A stretch of DNA of 64,000 bases from Pseudomonadota bacterium (GCA_008501635.1 QQUJ01000004.1:3085-67084); one strand, 5' to 3'; numbered from the stretch's first letter, positions 28,667 through 39,622 are shown. The notes: a model not told the origin generated them from the letters alone. Numbers and translations are program-made.

Positions 28667-28806
28667 CGTGCACCTCCGGCAGCGTTGGCGAGAGCGTAGC
28701 GGTAACGTGTCAGCCCAGGAGGCTCGACCATGTTCACAGGGGGGTAAAGTGCGCGTATACTACCACGCGCTCAAAGCCTCCCGCAGTTGGAGGCGATTTC
28801 TTTTTA

Positions 28807-28882
28807 GCTCCCTTCGTCTAGTGGTCTAGGACGCTGGCCTCTCACGTCGGTAACAGGGGTTCGAGTCCCCTAGGGAGCGCCA
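28807..28882 (+). tRNA. tRNA-Glu(CTC)
   Basis: GCTCCCT/AGGGAGC acceptor stem, anticodon loop CT-CTC-AC, GGTTCGA T-loop, encoded CCA, 76 nt. Confidence 0.95.
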
Positions 28883-28888
28883 TCTGAT

Positions 28889-28943
28889 GAGGGCGGAGCC
28901 ACACTGTGGCTGCCGCCCTTCTCTTTGGATCCGCCCTTTTTCT
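28889..28943 (+). terminator. Hairpins with T tract downstream of the tRNA
   Basis: AGGGCGGAGCCAC-ACT-GTGGCTGCCGCCCT followed by T-rich sequence. Confidence 0.55.
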
Positions 28944-29027
28944 TCGCAAGTCGTTCGATAATGGCTAGGCTTATGCAACAGGTAGCGACTTCCAACAGCC
29001 TCAAATGAATCCGGACCGCCCATCGCC

Positions 29028-30002
29028 ATGAGACTCCAACGCACCGTGATGACACTGATGACAGCGGCCATGATTCTGCTGGCACCGCCCAGCAACGCCC
29101 GTCAGGAAATCATGATCGGAGCGGGTTCGATCACGGGGCTCTATTTCGGCGTCGCCCAGCACATCTGCGACCTGGTCAATCGCTATTCCGGCGGCAAATA
29201 CCAATGCAGCGGACGCCCGGCGCTCGGCTCGGTATTCAATATCAACGCCGTAACCGGCGGCCTGCTCGATTTCGGTATGGCGCAATCCGATCGCAACTGG
29301 CAGGCCACGCTGGGACGCTCGGACTGGCAGGGCAAACCCACGGAAAGCCTGCGCAGCGTTTTCAGCCTGCATCCCGAGACGGTGATGTTGGTGGCCCGGC
29401 GCGACTCGGGCATCCGCAGCATCGAGGATCTGCGTGGCAAGAGGGTCAATATCGGTAATCCGGGATCGGGCCAACGGGGTAATGCCGAAGATATCCTGCG
29501 TCTGCACGGTTTCGATCTCGCGAAGGATCTGGTGGCCTCCGAGTGGCAACAGCATGAAGCCGCACGCGCCATCGTCGACGGCGAGATCGACGCCTTTTTC
29601 TATACCGCGGGGAATCCCAGCGACGCGATTCAGGTGCCTGCCACTCAAACGGAGCTGGTGCTCATTCCGCTGAACGGAGAGGCGATTCTGCACTTCGTCT
29701 CAGGCAAGACCTATTACATGATGACGGAGATACCGGCCGGAACCTATCCGGGCAACGACCAGGCAACACCCACGTATGGCGTGCGGGCCTCGCTGGTCAG
29801 CAGTACCAACACACCCGAGGAGCTGGTCTACGACGTGACACGCATCGTCTTCGAGCACCTCGACGAACTGCGCGGCCTGCATCCGGCGCTACACGGACTC
29901 ACACCCAACATCATGCTCGCCTCGCTCACCGCAGCGCTGCACCCGGGCGCCGAGCGCTACTACCTGGAACGCGGCTGGATATTGGCGGAGACCAACGATT
30001 GA
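29028..30002 (+). CDS. TAXI-family TRAP solute-binding protein (paralogue 1)
   Basis: GSITGLYF, GSVFNI, AQSD, GNPGSGQR, LHPGA; signal peptide. Confidence 0.9.
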   Translation: MRLQRTVMTLMTAAMILLAPPSNARQEIMIGAGSITGLYFGVAQHICDLVNRYSGGKYQCSGRPALGSVFNINAVTGGLLDFGMAQSDRNWQATLGRSDWQGKPTESLRSVFSLHPETVMLVARRDSGIRSIEDLRGKRVNIGNPGSGQRGNAEDILRLHGFDLAKDLVASEWQQHEAARAIVDGEIDAFFYTAGNPSDAIQVPATQTELVLIPLNGEAILHFVSGKTYYMMTEIPAGTYPGNDQATPTYGVRASLVSSTNTPEELVYDVTRIVFEHLDELRGLHPALHGLTPNIMLASLTAALHPGAERYYLERGWILAETND

Positions 30003-30036
30003 TCCCTTTGTGACCGCGCCAACGAAGAGGGACACC

Positions 30037-31338
30037 ATGGCTTTCAACGAAGCGTATTACCCCGACGTTCACCTCAATCTCAACGTGCGCGAACTCTCGC
30101 AATCCGCCACGTTGGCGATCAACGAGCGCTGCGCCCAGCTCCGCCACGAAGGTCGTGAAGTCTTCAAACTCGGCCTGGGTCAATCCCCCTTTCCGGTCGC
30201 TATGCCGGTCATCGAAGAGCTCAAGGCCAACGCCCATCAGAAGGACTACCTGCCGGTCAAGGGCTTGCGCCAACTGCGCGACGCGGTGGCCAACTATCAC
30301 CGTCGCCAGGAGGGCGTCGACTATTCGGGCGAGGATGTCCTGATCGGCCCCGGCTCCAAGGAGCTGATGTTTCTCGTACAGCTCGTCTACTACGGCGATC
30401 TGGTGATTCCGACCCCCAGCTGGGTCTCCTACGCGCCGCAGGCGATGATCATCGGGCGCCACATCCGCTGGGTATCGACACGCGCCGAGGATGGCTGGCG
30501 CCTGACCCCCGCCGGTCTGGATGCACTCTGTCGCAAGGATCCCAAGCGCCCGCGCATCGTCATCCTCAACTACCCCAACAATCCCAGCGGCATGACCTTT
30601 GCCCTCGACGAGTTGGAGGCCCTGGCCGAGGTGGCACGCCATTACCGCGTGATCCTGCTCTCCGACGAGATTTATGGCGAGATGCATTTCGAGGGTCAGC
30701 ACGCCTCCATCGCGCGCTTCTACCCCGAAGGCACCATCATCAGCGCCGGATTGAGCAAATGGTGTGGCGCCGGCGGCTGGCGCCTCGGCACCTTCACCTT
30801 TCCGCACAACCTGCGCTGGCTGCAGGACGCCATGTCCGTGGTTGCCAGCGAGACCTTCACCTCCACCAGCGCGCCGATCCAGCACGCCGCGGTGCGCGCC
30901 TACGAAGGCGGCATCGAAATCGAACGCTACCTGTGCAACAGCCGGCGCGTGCTGAAACGCCTCGGCCATGAGGTTGCGACCCGTCTGCAGCGCGCGGGGG
31001 TTCAGGTGGATAAACCGCAGGGCGGTTTCTACGTCTTTCCCGATTTCGCGCCGTTTGGCGAAGCCTTTTCCCGCATCGGGATACAGAGCAGCGCCCAGTT
31101 CTGCGAACGCGTGCTGGAAGAGACGGGTGTCGCGATGCTGCCCGGCAGCGAGTTCGGCCGACCCGCCGATGAGTTCACGGCACGCATGGCCTTTGTCGAC
31201 TTTGACGGGGGGCGTGCGCTGGTCAGCGCCGAGACCGTAGCGCTGGACGTGGAGTTGCCGGATGACTTCCTCGACCAGCACTGCGGCGCCGTGCTGACCG
31301 CCATCGATCGACTCTGCAACTGGGTTCGCGCCTTGTGA
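30037..31338 (+). CDS. Class I/II PLP aminotransferase (AspAT-like)
   Basis: NYPNNPSG, SDEIY, GLSKWCGAGGWRLG. Confidence 0.9.
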   Translation: MAFNEAYYPDVHLNLNVRELSQSATLAINERCAQLRHEGREVFKLGLGQSPFPVAMPVIEELKANAHQKDYLPVKGLRQLRDAVANYHRRQEGVDYSGEDVLIGPGSKELMFLVQLVYYGDLVIPTPSWVSYAPQAMIIGRHIRWVSTRAEDGWRLTPAGLDALCRKDPKRPRIVILNYPNNPSGMTFALDELEALAEVARHYRVILLSDEIYGEMHFEGQHASIARFYPEGTIISAGLSKWCGAGGWRLGTFTFPHNLRWLQDAMSVVASETFTSTSAPIQHAAVRAYEGGIEIERYLCNSRRVLKRLGHEVATRLQRAGVQVDKPQGGFYVFPDFAPFGEAFSRIGIQSSAQFCERVLEETGVAMLPGSEFGRPADEFTARMAFVDFDGGRALVSAETVALDVELPDDFLDQHCGAVLTAIDRLCNWVRAL

Positions 31339-31506
31339 CGCAGTGCAATATCGCCGGCACCAGAATCCAGGCCGGCTTGTAACTCCCCCATTTGCAGCTA
31401 GGCTAAAGGAGTATGGGCGGCATCACCCCCGGCCTGTCATTTCTCGGTGCACGCGTATTCGTGATCACCGTCTCATCGATAAAAGCCAAACACATTAGGA
31501 GGCACC

Positions 31507-32481
31507 ATGCACAGGATTTTTCAGGCTTTTCTTTCTGCCACCGTCATAGCACTCGCGGTCAGCGCGACTCCCGTTCGCGCGTCCCAGGACCTGCTGATCG
31601 GTGGTGGCTCAGTCACCGGCGTCTATTACCAGGTAGCGCTCCACGTCTGCAATCTGATCAACAAGCACTCCGACGGCAAGTACAACTGTGTCGGACGTCC
31701 GGCGCTGGGCTCGGTGTTCAATATCAACGCCGTCAATCGCGGTCTGCTCGATTTCGGTGTGGCGCAGTCGGATCGCAATTTCCAGGCCTACAAAGGCACA
31801 GCCGATTGGGAGGGCAATCCTGTCACGGGCCTGCGCAGCGTCTTCAGCATGCATCCCGAAACCGTGCTGGTGGTGACCCGCAAGGATTCCGGCATCAAGA
31901 TGGTCAGCGACCTCAAGGGCAAGCGGGTCAATATCGGTAACCCCGGCTCCGGACAGCGCGGCAACGCCGAAGACGTACTGAAGATCTACGGTATCGACAA
32001 GGACAAGGACATGCAGTCCGAAGGTCTGCAGCAGCACGACGCTTCGCGCGCACTGGTCGACCGCAAGATCGACGCCTTCTTCTATACGGTGGGCAATCCG
32101 AGCGCCGCCATCGAGGAACCGGCCAACTCGACCGACATTACCCTCGTACCGGTCAATTCGAAGGGCATCAAGGAGTTCATCAGCGACAAGCCCTTCTACG
32201 TGATGACCGCCATCAAGCCCGGCACCTATAAGGGAGTGGACAAACCGGTCGAGACATTCGCCGTGAAGGCTACCGTGGTAGCCAGCGCCGAAGCCTCGGA
32301 GCAGATGATCTACGACGTGACGAAGATCATCTTCGAGAACATCGACGAACTGCGTGCGTCTCACGCTGCCTTCAAGAATTTGGAGCCCCAGGAGATGCTC
32401 GGCGGACTTTCAGCGCCGCTGCATCCGGGTGCGGCAAAATACTACAAGGAACGTGGTTGGAAGCTGCCCAGTACGCTCTAG
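31507..32481 (+). CDS. TAXI-family TRAP solute-binding protein (paralogue 2)
   Basis: GGSVTGVYY, GSVFNI, AQSD, PLHPGAAKYY. Confidence 0.92.
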   Translation: MHRIFQAFLSATVIALAVSATPVRASQDLLIGGGSVTGVYYQVALHVCNLINKHSDGKYNCVGRPALGSVFNINAVNRGLLDFGVAQSDRNFQAYKGTADWEGNPVTGLRSVFSMHPETVLVVTRKDSGIKMVSDLKGKRVNIGNPGSGQRGNAEDVLKIYGIDKDKDMQSEGLQQHDASRALVDRKIDAFFYTVGNPSAAIEEPANSTDITLVPVNSKGIKEFISDKPFYVMTAIKPGTYKGVDKPVETFAVKATVVASAEASEQMIYDVTKIIFENIDELRASHAAFKNLEPQEMLGGLSAPLHPGAAKYYKERGWKLPSTL

Positions 32482-32597
32482 GCTAACGCCGTTACCACAG
32501 GGGAGAGCGTCGCTCTCCCCTGTCATTTACAGCCCTTAAACATCCCCGGTGCCACCGCATACCAGCGCCGCACGCATAAACGACAAGGGACTGGAGC

Positions 32598-34796
32598 ATG
32601 ACCGACCCAAGCAAGCCCGGTGCGCGTGATATCCCCGATGTCGTCGCCAACACCAAGGCTCAAGAGATCGTCGCCGAGGTCGAGACCGGACCACGCGAGC
32701 CGGTCAACCGCTTCACGGCGGCATTGATAGTCGGACTTTGTGTCGTCTGGTCGGTCTTTCAGCTCTACATCGCCTACCAGCCGATCAACGCGATCATCGC
32801 GCGGTCCTGGCACCTGGCCTTTGCCATCTGCCTGGTCTTTCTCGCCTACCCGCTCTACAAGGAATCGAGCCCGCCCAGGTGGCTGCTGCTGATTCGCAAG
32901 GTCTGGCCAAATTTCGATGCCCGACGCTCCAACCGCGACTACATTCCGATCTACGATTTCCTCTTCGCTGCCATCGCGGCAGCTGCTGCGCTCTACATCT
33001 GGTGGGATTACGAGAACATCATCCAGCGCTCGGGGCTGCCGAGTGAACTCGATGTCTGGATGGGTGTTGTCATGCTCGTCTTCCTGCTCGAGGCGGCACG
33101 GCGCGCACTCGGTCCGGCGTTGCCGATTCTAGGGATGATTTTCATCGCCTACTGTTTCGTTGGCCCCTACCTGCCGGAATTTCTGCGCCACCGCGGCATC
33201 CCGCTCGACTTCGTTATCAACGACATGTACCTCTCGGACACCGGCATCTTCGGTGTGCCGCTGGGCGTGTCGACCAGTTTCGTTTTCCTGTTCGTACTGT
33301 TCGGCGCGATGCTCGACAAAGCCGGTGCCGGAAAATACTTCATCGACGTCGCGTTCGCGGGGCTCGGCGGACTGCGCGGCGGTCCGGCCAAAGCGGCCAT
33401 CGTCGCCTCGGGGCTCACCGGTCTGGTGAGCGGCTCATCCATCGCCAATACGGTCACTACCGGCACCTTCACCATTCCGCTGATGAAAAAGGTCGGTCTG
33501 CCCGCACACAAGGCCGCCGCCGTGGAGGTGGCCGCGTCCACCAACGGCCAGCTGATGCCGCCGATCATGGGTGCGGCCGCATTCATCATGGCCGAGATTA
33601 TCGGCATCCCTTACATCGATGTGGTACGTGCCGCGATCATCCCGGCGCTGATCTCCTATCTCGCACTGTTTTACGTGGTGCATCTCGAGGCGATGAAGCT
33701 CGATATTCGTGCGCTGTCCAAGGATGAGCTGCCGGAGCTGCTGAAAACCTTCCTGCGCGGCATCCACTATCTCATTCCTTTGCTGGTCCTGATCACCTAC
33801 CTGGTGGTGCTGCGCTACTCGGCCATCACCGCGGCGTTGCATGCGATTCAATCCATTGTCGTGATCATGCTCATCCAGCGTCCGATCATCGCCTGGCTGG
33901 CGTTCAGCGCGCATCGCAAGGCAGGCACGCTCGATACCAACACCGCTGTCGGCGCCCTTCTTGTCGCCGCGCTCAAAGACGGCGTCATGGATATCTGGAA
34001 CGGCCTGATCGCCGGTGCGCGCAACATGATCTCGGTCGGTGTGGCGACGGCGGCTGCGGGCATCATCGTCGGCGTCGTCACCATCACCGGACTGGTGGGG
34101 CGTTTTGTCAACGTGATCGATGTGATCAGCTTCGGCAACGTCTACCTGATGCTGATCCTCACCGCCATCACCAGCATGATCCTCGGCATGGGTCTTCCCA
34201 CCACGGCCAACTACATCATCATGGCGACGCTGACCGCGCCGGTGATCGTTCATCTGGGCGGTGACGCCGGCCTGGTGTTCCCGCTGATCGCCGCGCACCT
34301 GTTCGTCTTCTACTTCGGCATTCTGGCCGACGACACGCCGCCGGTGGGATTGGCCGCTTACGCCGCGGCAGCCATTGCGCGCAGCGATCCCATCATCACC
34401 GGCATCCAGGGATTTACCTACGATCTGCGCACCGCCATCCTGCCGTTCATCTTCCTCTTCAATACCGAACTGCTGATGATCGCCGGTGTGGGTGCCGGCG
34501 GTGAGATCATCTGGCTCGACAGCATCGTCAAGATCGGCTGGGTCTTCGTCGTGTCGCTCGCCGCCATGTTCGCCTTCGCCTCGTTCATGCAGGGCTACGC
34601 GGCCGATCACTGCAACTGGTTCGAACGCCTGCTGTTACTGGCGCTCGCCCTGTTCATGTTCCGGCCCGGCATCATCGAGGATGCACTGCCGGTGACCCGC
34701 GAGATCGTTCAGGCCGCCTGCCTGATCACCTACGGCGCGTTCTACGCGATGCAGAAGGCACGTCGCAAGCTCCGCGAAGCTGAGGAAACCGCCTAA
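32598..34796 (+). CDS. TRAP transporter fused 4TM/12TM permease
   Basis: GGPAKAAI, SGSSIAN, GQLMPPIMGAAAF, GMGLPTTANY, DTPPVGL. Confidence 0.93.
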   Translation: MTDPSKPGARDIPDVVANTKAQEIVAEVETGPREPVNRFTAALIVGLCVVWSVFQLYIAYQPINAIIARSWHLAFAICLVFLAYPLYKESSPPRWLLLIRKVWPNFDARRSNRDYIPIYDFLFAAIAAAAALYIWWDYENIIQRSGLPSELDVWMGVVMLVFLLEAARRALGPALPILGMIFIAYCFVGPYLPEFLRHRGIPLDFVINDMYLSDTGIFGVPLGVSTSFVFLFVLFGAMLDKAGAGKYFIDVAFAGLGGLRGGPAKAAIVASGLTGLVSGSSIANTVTTGTFTIPLMKKVGLPAHKAAAVEVAASTNGQLMPPIMGAAAFIMAEIIGIPYIDVVRAAIIPALISYLALFYVVHLEAMKLDIRALSKDELPELLKTFLRGIHYLIPLLVLITYLVVLRYSAITAALHAIQSIVVIMLIQRPIIAWLAFSAHRKAGTLDTNTAVGALLVAALKDGVMDIWNGLIAGARNMISVGVATAAAGIIVGVVTITGLVGRFVNVIDVISFGNVYLMLILTAITSMILGMGLPTTANYIIMATLTAPVIVHLGGDAGLVFPLIAAHLFVFYFGILADDTPPVGLAAYAAAAIARSDPIITGIQGFTYDLRTAILPFIFLFNTELLMIAGVGAGGEIIWLDSIVKIGWVFVVSLAAMFAFASFMQGYAADHCNWFERLLLLALALFMFRPGIIEDALPVTREIVQAACLITYGAFYAMQKARRKLREAEETA

Positions 34797-34829
34797 CCAC
34801 AGTGCCATTGCCGTAACGAGGAATCGATC

Positions 34830-35279
34830 ATGTTCAAACGGATATTGCTCCCCGTCGCCCTGCAGGGGCCGCGCGCCAACGAAGACACGCTGGAGGTGGC
34901 ACTCGATTTTGCACGCCGCGACGGTGCCGAGCTGATTGTCATGCACGTACTGCCCGGATTCGGCATGCCGGTGGTCGCCTCCTATTTCCCGGCTTCGGCA
35001 CGCGAAACCGCGACCAGGGAGACCAATGAGAAACTCGCCGAGTGGGTGGAGCAGAACATCCCGGCCGGTATCAAGGTAGCGACCACGATAGGCGAGGGCC
35101 GTGCCTACGAACAGATCCTGCGCGAGGCCAAGCAACGCGAGATCGACCTGATCGTGATCCGCAGCCAACGGCTGGGCAAGATAGGGAGCTTTCTGCTTGG
35201 CTCCACCGCCGAGCGCGTGACGCGTCACGCCCACTGCACGGTGATCGTGGTGCGTGACTGGAAGAACAACAGGAAGTAG
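34830..35279 (+). CDS. Universal stress protein (TRAP-associated)
   Basis: MFKRILLPV, DLIVI, LLGSTAERV. Confidence 0.9.
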   Translation: MFKRILLPVALQGPRANEDTLEVALDFARRDGAELIVMHVLPGFGMPVVASYFPASARETATRETNEKLAEWVEQNIPAGIKVATTIGEGRAYEQILREAKQREIDLIVIRSQRLGKIGSFLLGSTAERVTRHAHCTVIVVRDWKNNRK

Positions 35280-35407
35280 ATCCATGGCATTGTGCAAGCA
35301 GCGCTCCACGCAGGTCCGCAGGGAACTCGGCAGGGCGTGACGCCTCTATCATTGAGAAACCATACTATGCGTTCGCGAACGACATGCACTCCCGGAGGGT
35401 AGATCCA

Positions 35408-35896
35408 ATGAAATACACACTTGTTTCCCTGGCAATGCTCCTTACCGCCTCCCTCCTTGGCGTGCAAACGTCCGTCGCCGAGGAGAACGGTGCATCCAAA
35501 GATGCGAACACCACCCCTTCGGTAATCACTGTCTATCGCAGCCCCACCTGCGACTGCTGCAAGAATTGGCTGACACATTTGCGCAACCATGGCTTCACGG
35601 TTGAGGATCACACGGAAGCGGACATGACTCCCATCAAGGATCACCTGGGGGTACCCGGTGCGGTGCGCTCATGCCACACCGCCACGATCGACGGCTACCT
35701 CATTGAAGGTCATGTGCCCGCCACAGATATCAGGCGGTTGCTCACCCAACGCCCGCAGATCAAGGGCCTCGCCGTGCCCGGCATGGTGGTCGGCTCGCCG
35801 GGGATGGAGATGGGGAATCGTAAGGATCCCTACACCGTGGTCAGCATCGGCAGGCATGATGAGCTGCGCGTGTTTCGCGAATACCGGGACTATTGA
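35408..35896 (+). CDS. DUF411 periplasmic metal-binding protein
   Basis: SPTCDCC, SCHTA, EGHVPA, PGMVVGSPGME. Confidence 0.88.
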   Translation: MKYTLVSLAMLLTASLLGVQTSVAEENGASKDANTTPSVITVYRSPTCDCCKNWLTHLRNHGFTVEDHTEADMTPIKDHLGVPGAVRSCHTATIDGYLIEGHVPATDIRRLLTQRPQIKGLAVPGMVVGSPGMEMGNRKDPYTVVSIGRHDELRVFREYRDY

Positions 35897-35975
35897 GTCG
35901 CTAGGCTTTGAGGGGAGTCAGCGCTGGCAGGCGCGGCGCGACCGGGAAACCGCTGGTCCGCCAGGGAGGTTGACT

Positions 35976-36509
35976 TCAAGTGGTATGCGCCTGGTCTGCC
36001 AGGGCGCGAATCGGATCGAGCAGCGCCGGGTCATCCCATTCGCGATCCCCGACGGCTTTATAGACCAGACGCCCCTGAGGATCGATCACAAAGGTGGTCG
36101 GCAATCCGATCACCGGCCAGCTGCTGCTGGTTTTTCCGTACTCATCGAGCAGAATCGGAAAGGTGAGCTGCGCCGCGGCAGCGTACGACCACACCTGTTC
36201 TTCCTTCTGTCCGACATTGACGGCGAGCATGACCACGCCTTGGGACTGCAACTGCTCCCAGGCCCGCTGCATCGACGGCATTTCGCGCCGGCAGGGTGGG
36301 CACCAGGTGGCCCAGAAGTTCACGATCACCACCTTGCCGCGGTAATCCGAGAGGCGGTGGATCTTTCCATCCAGATCCCGCAACGCAAACTCATGCGCCA
36401 GGGGTGCACCGGGGATACTGCTCAACGTCTGAGGGTAGACCGCGGTTGGAAGCAGTCCTGTCACCAGGAACAGGACCAGCCCGATGACCGGCCATTGTTT
36501 TCTATTCAT
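35976..36509 (-). CDS. TlpA-family thiol-disulfide oxidoreductase
   Basis: VNFWATWCPPCRREMP, GLPTTFVID; signal peptide. Confidence 0.9.
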   Translation of the reverse strand: MNRKQWPVIGLVLFLVTGLLPTAVYPQTLSSIPGAPLAHEFALRDLDGKIHRLSDYRGKVVIVNFWATWCPPCRREMPSMQRAWEQLQSQGVVMLAVNVGQKEEQVWSYAAAAQLTFPILLDEYGKTSSSWPVIGLPTTFVIDPQGRLVYKAVGDREWDDPALLDPIRALADQAHTT

Positions 36510-36517
36510 GCCCCTCC

Positions 36518-37100
36518 TCATCGGGTGTCAGCGGCGCATTGCAGCGATCTCATCGCCGCCGTTTCGGTCTGTGCTCCCCGCATCCACTGCATGAGCAGGT
36601 CGAATCGGGTCCCGACCGCCAGACCCGTAGTGATCATGCCCCAGTTGCCATCCCCAGGGTGGAAGGTCTGGTCAACCGGAAACAACGCCCAGCGAAATGC
36701 CAGCCGTGCTTCGGGCGCCGTGCCCTGCGCGTCCCAGAGCGTATCCCAGTCGCCGGTAAGCCGCAGCGGCTGCCGGCCGGCCGCGGTGTGGACCCCCCAG
36801 TGTGCCAGTGGCAGTTGAATCGGCTGCGCCCCGGTCGGTTGTGCATTCCGCACGATCATCTGCATGAGACAGGTGACCGCCAGTGATTCAGCCTGCTCGG
36901 CACTGAAACCCCGCGCGATATAGAAAGCGCGCACCTGATTCGGCTGCAGCTGGACCAGTTCGACCTGGAACCCTTGTGCATCCATTCGCCAATAGGCCCG
37001 CCCATCGTCGCGTACGCCCGTGCTCATTTCAATGGCAAAGGCTGGGAGGCTGCCGGCAAACACCCACACGGCGAGGAGCAGGGCCGGTGCGCCACGCGCG
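36518..37100 (-). CDS. Secreted hypothetical protein (start uncertain)
   Basis: Signal-like segment ending AFA, QVRAFYIARGFS; lies directly upstream of tlpA on the same strand. Confidence 0.6.
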
Positions 37101-37350
37101 CGGCGAACCCCATCGAGCCTCCCACACCTCACCGGCGGTTGACATACCTCAACCTGGGTGCGGGGATCAGCCTGCAACTGCGTGATATCCACCGCTACCG
37201 CCGACAATCACCTGCGGTTACGAACGGTACGAGCAATGCGGATTTCAAATATCGTCCCCTCCCATTCGTCACCTTCTGCTGTTCACTGATGGCGCCTATA
37301 CTGGTTTGATAACATTTTGCCCGTCAGCCCGCCAGTGAAGGAGTGATTCC

Positions 37351-38400
37351 ATGGCCACGATCAGCAGTCTTCTGGGTGAGGAGGCCGAATACCTGCTCAA
37401 CCATCAGTGCACCGGCATCAAGCACGATACCCTTCACCTGCCGGGCGCCGATTTTGTCGATCGCGTGGTCTCAGGCTCCGACCGACCGCCCCAGGTGCTG
37501 CGCAATCTGCAGACGCTGTTCAACACCGGTCGCCTGGGAGGTACCGGCTATCTTTCGCTGCTGCCGGTGGACCAGGGCATCGAGCATTCGGCGGGCGCCT
37601 CGTTCGCCCCCAACCCGATCTACTTCGATCCTGAGAACATCGTGCGCCTCGCCATCGAGGGCGGCTGCAACGGCGTCGCCTCGACACTCGGGGTACTGGG
37701 TTCGGTATCGCGCAGATACGCCCACAAGATCCCGTTCCTGGTCAAACTCAACCACAACGAACTGCTCACCTACCCCAGTATGCACAACCAGACGCTCTTC
37801 GCCTCGGTACAGCAGGCCTTCGAGTTGGGCGCCATCGCGGTGGGTGCCACGATCTACTACGGCTCCGAAGAGTCGCGGCGGCAGATCCAGGAGATCAGCG
37901 AAGCCTTCGCCTACGCCCACGAATTGGGCATGGTCTGCGTGCTGTGGGCCTACCTGCGCAATCCGGCCTTCAAGCACGAGGGGATCGACTACCATACCGC
38001 CGCCGATCTCACCGGTCAGGCCAACCACCTGGCGGCCACCATCGAGGCCGATATCGTCAAACAGAAGCAGGCCGAGGGCAACGGCGGCTACACCGCGATC
38101 AACTTCGGCAAGACGCACAAAAAGGTCTACGAGGAGCTGACCAGCGATCACCCCATCGACCTCACCCGCTATCAGGTGGCCTGCTGCTACATGGGCCGCG
38201 CCGGGTTGATCAACTCCGGCGGCGCCTCGGGCAGCAACGACCTGGCGCAGGCGGTGCGCACCGCGGTCATCAACAAGCGCGCCGGGGGCATGGGGATGAT
38301 TTCGGGGCGCAAGGCATTCCAGAAACCGATGAGCGATGGTGTCGAGTTGCTCAACGCCATTCAGGATGTCTACCTCGCACCCGAGGTGACCATTGCCTGA
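37351..38400 (+). CDS. fbaB: Class I fructose-bisphosphate aldolase (DhnA/FbaB)
   Basis: [44 protein letters not shown]. Confidence 0.95.
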   Translation: MATISSLLGEEAEYLLNHQCTGIKHDTLHLPGADFVDRVVSGSDRPPQVLRNLQTLFNTGRLGGTGYLSLLPVDQGIEHSAGASFAPNPIYFDPENIVRLAIEGGCNGVASTLGVLGSVSRRYAHKIPFLVKLNHNELLTYPSMHNQTLFASVQQAFELGAIAVGATIYYGSEESRRQIQEISEAFAYAHELGMVCVLWAYLRNPAFKHEGIDYHTAADLTGQANHLAATIEADIVKQKQAEGNGGYTAINFGKTHKKVYEELTSDHPIDLTRYQVACCYMGRAGLINSGGASGSNDLAQAVRTAVINKRAGGMGMISGRKAFQKPMSDGVELLNAIQDVYLAPEVTIA

Positions 38401-38830
38401 GGCCAGTGAGGATCACCCGTCCGTAGGTCTTGTGCGGCGGCTCGCCGCGATGGTTTACGACGCCCTTATCGTTTTCGCGTTGGTGTTCATCACGGCATTC
38501 GTGGTGCTGCAGATTTTCGGCGAACCGCTCGATAACATCGGCAAGGCGGTCCTGCAGATCGCCGCGGTACTGGTCGCTTACGGGTATTTCGCCGGCTTCT
38601 GGACCCACGGCGGGCAGACCATCGGCATGCGCGCCTGGCGCATCCGGGTGGTTGGTGTTGACCCCGTGCGCGTCACCTGGGCCAAGGCGACCCTGCGCTT
38701 CTTCGCCGCCATTCTATCCTTGCTGCCCGCCGGTCTGGGATTCTGGTGGATACTGATCGACCCGCAACGGCGCGCCTGGCATGACCGTTGGTCGCGTACG
38801 CGACTCGATCGATCAGACAGAGGCGGGTAG
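38393..38830 (+). CDS. RDD family membrane protein
   Basis: [30 protein letters not shown]. Confidence 0.88.
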   Translation: MPEASEDHPSVGLVRRLAAMVYDALIVFALVFITAFVVLQIFGEPLDNIGKAVLQIAAVLVAYGYFAGFWTHGGQTIGMRAWRIRVVGVDPVRVTWAKATLRFFAAILSLLPAGLGFWWILIDPQRRAWHDRWSRTRLDRSDRGG

Positions 38831-38873
38831 TCCTCAAAAACCGGACCCGCGGTGACACACGCACCGCAGCCAA

Positions 38874-39033
38874 GGAACCTCTGATCAAGTCTGTTTAGAT
38901 GAGAGTGTTGTTCAGAAGGGGCGAGCTCAGGGCGGAAAATACAGGTAATAGCCCGCTATGGCCAAGCTTTCCAACACTGAAATCGTCGCTTCCGGGCAAC
39001 AGAATCACTGAACACGACTTGATCAGAGGTTCC
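38874..39033 (+). mobile_element. 160-bp MITE-like element, copy A
   Basis: TIR GGAACCTCTGATCAAGTC / GACTTGATCAGAGGTTCC; second copy inverted at 43678. Confidence 0.85.
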
Positions 39034-39040
39034 CTAAGAT

Positions 39041-39601
39041 TCAATCATCCCGCTCTTCGGGTGGCTTTTTGTGGGCTACACCTTTGTGGCACTCGATGCA
39101 GGTCTCGCCACGCTCTTGGGCCTTTTCCATCTTTTCTCGCGCTCGCGCTTTCTGTTTGTGGAAATCCATGCTGTCGTAACTGTGGCAGTTGCGGCATTCA
39201 CGCGAGTCATTAGCCTTCATCGTCGCCCATACATGCTCGGCCAGCTCCTTGCGTTTGGCCTCGAACTTCTCTGGCGTATCGATGGTGCCGAGCACCTTGT
39301 GATAGAGCTCGTTGGTCGCCTGGATCTTGCGCCAGACCTTGGCTCCCCAGTCGCGCGGCACGTGACAGTCAGGACAGGTCGCCCTGACGCCTGAGGCGTT
39401 TTTGTAATGGGGAGAAGTAAGGTACTCCTGATAGACCGTCCGCTCCATTTCGTGGCAGGAGATGCAGAAGGTCTGCGTGTTGGTAAGCTCCAACACGGTA
39501 TTGAACCCCCCCCAGAAGAGAATGCCGAACACCGTCCCGGACAAAAAAATCACCACCAGCCGCTTGCCCCAGCGGCTGGTGGCACCGATCGATTGCCTCA
39601 T
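39041..39601 (-). CDS. NapC/NirT family tetraheme cytochrome c (quinol dehydrogenase)
   Basis: N-terminal TM, FWGGFNT, four heme motifs CISCH, CPDCH, CRNCH, CIECH. Confidence 0.93.
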   Translation of the reverse strand: MRQSIGATSRWGKRLVVIFLSGTVFGILFWGGFNTVLELTNTQTFCISCHEMERTVYQEYLTSPHYKNASGVRATCPDCHVPRDWGAKVWRKIQATNELYHKVLGTIDTPEKFEAKRKELAEHVWATMKANDSRECRNCHSYDSMDFHKQKARAREKMEKAQERGETCIECHKGVAHKKPPEERDD

Positions 39602-39622
39602 GCCTGACGCGTTCCGCTGCCG

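Noticed and set aside
28807-30002. tRNA as an integration site for a genomic island
   Set aside because: No integrase, no duplicated tRNA 3' end noticed and no GC shift downstream
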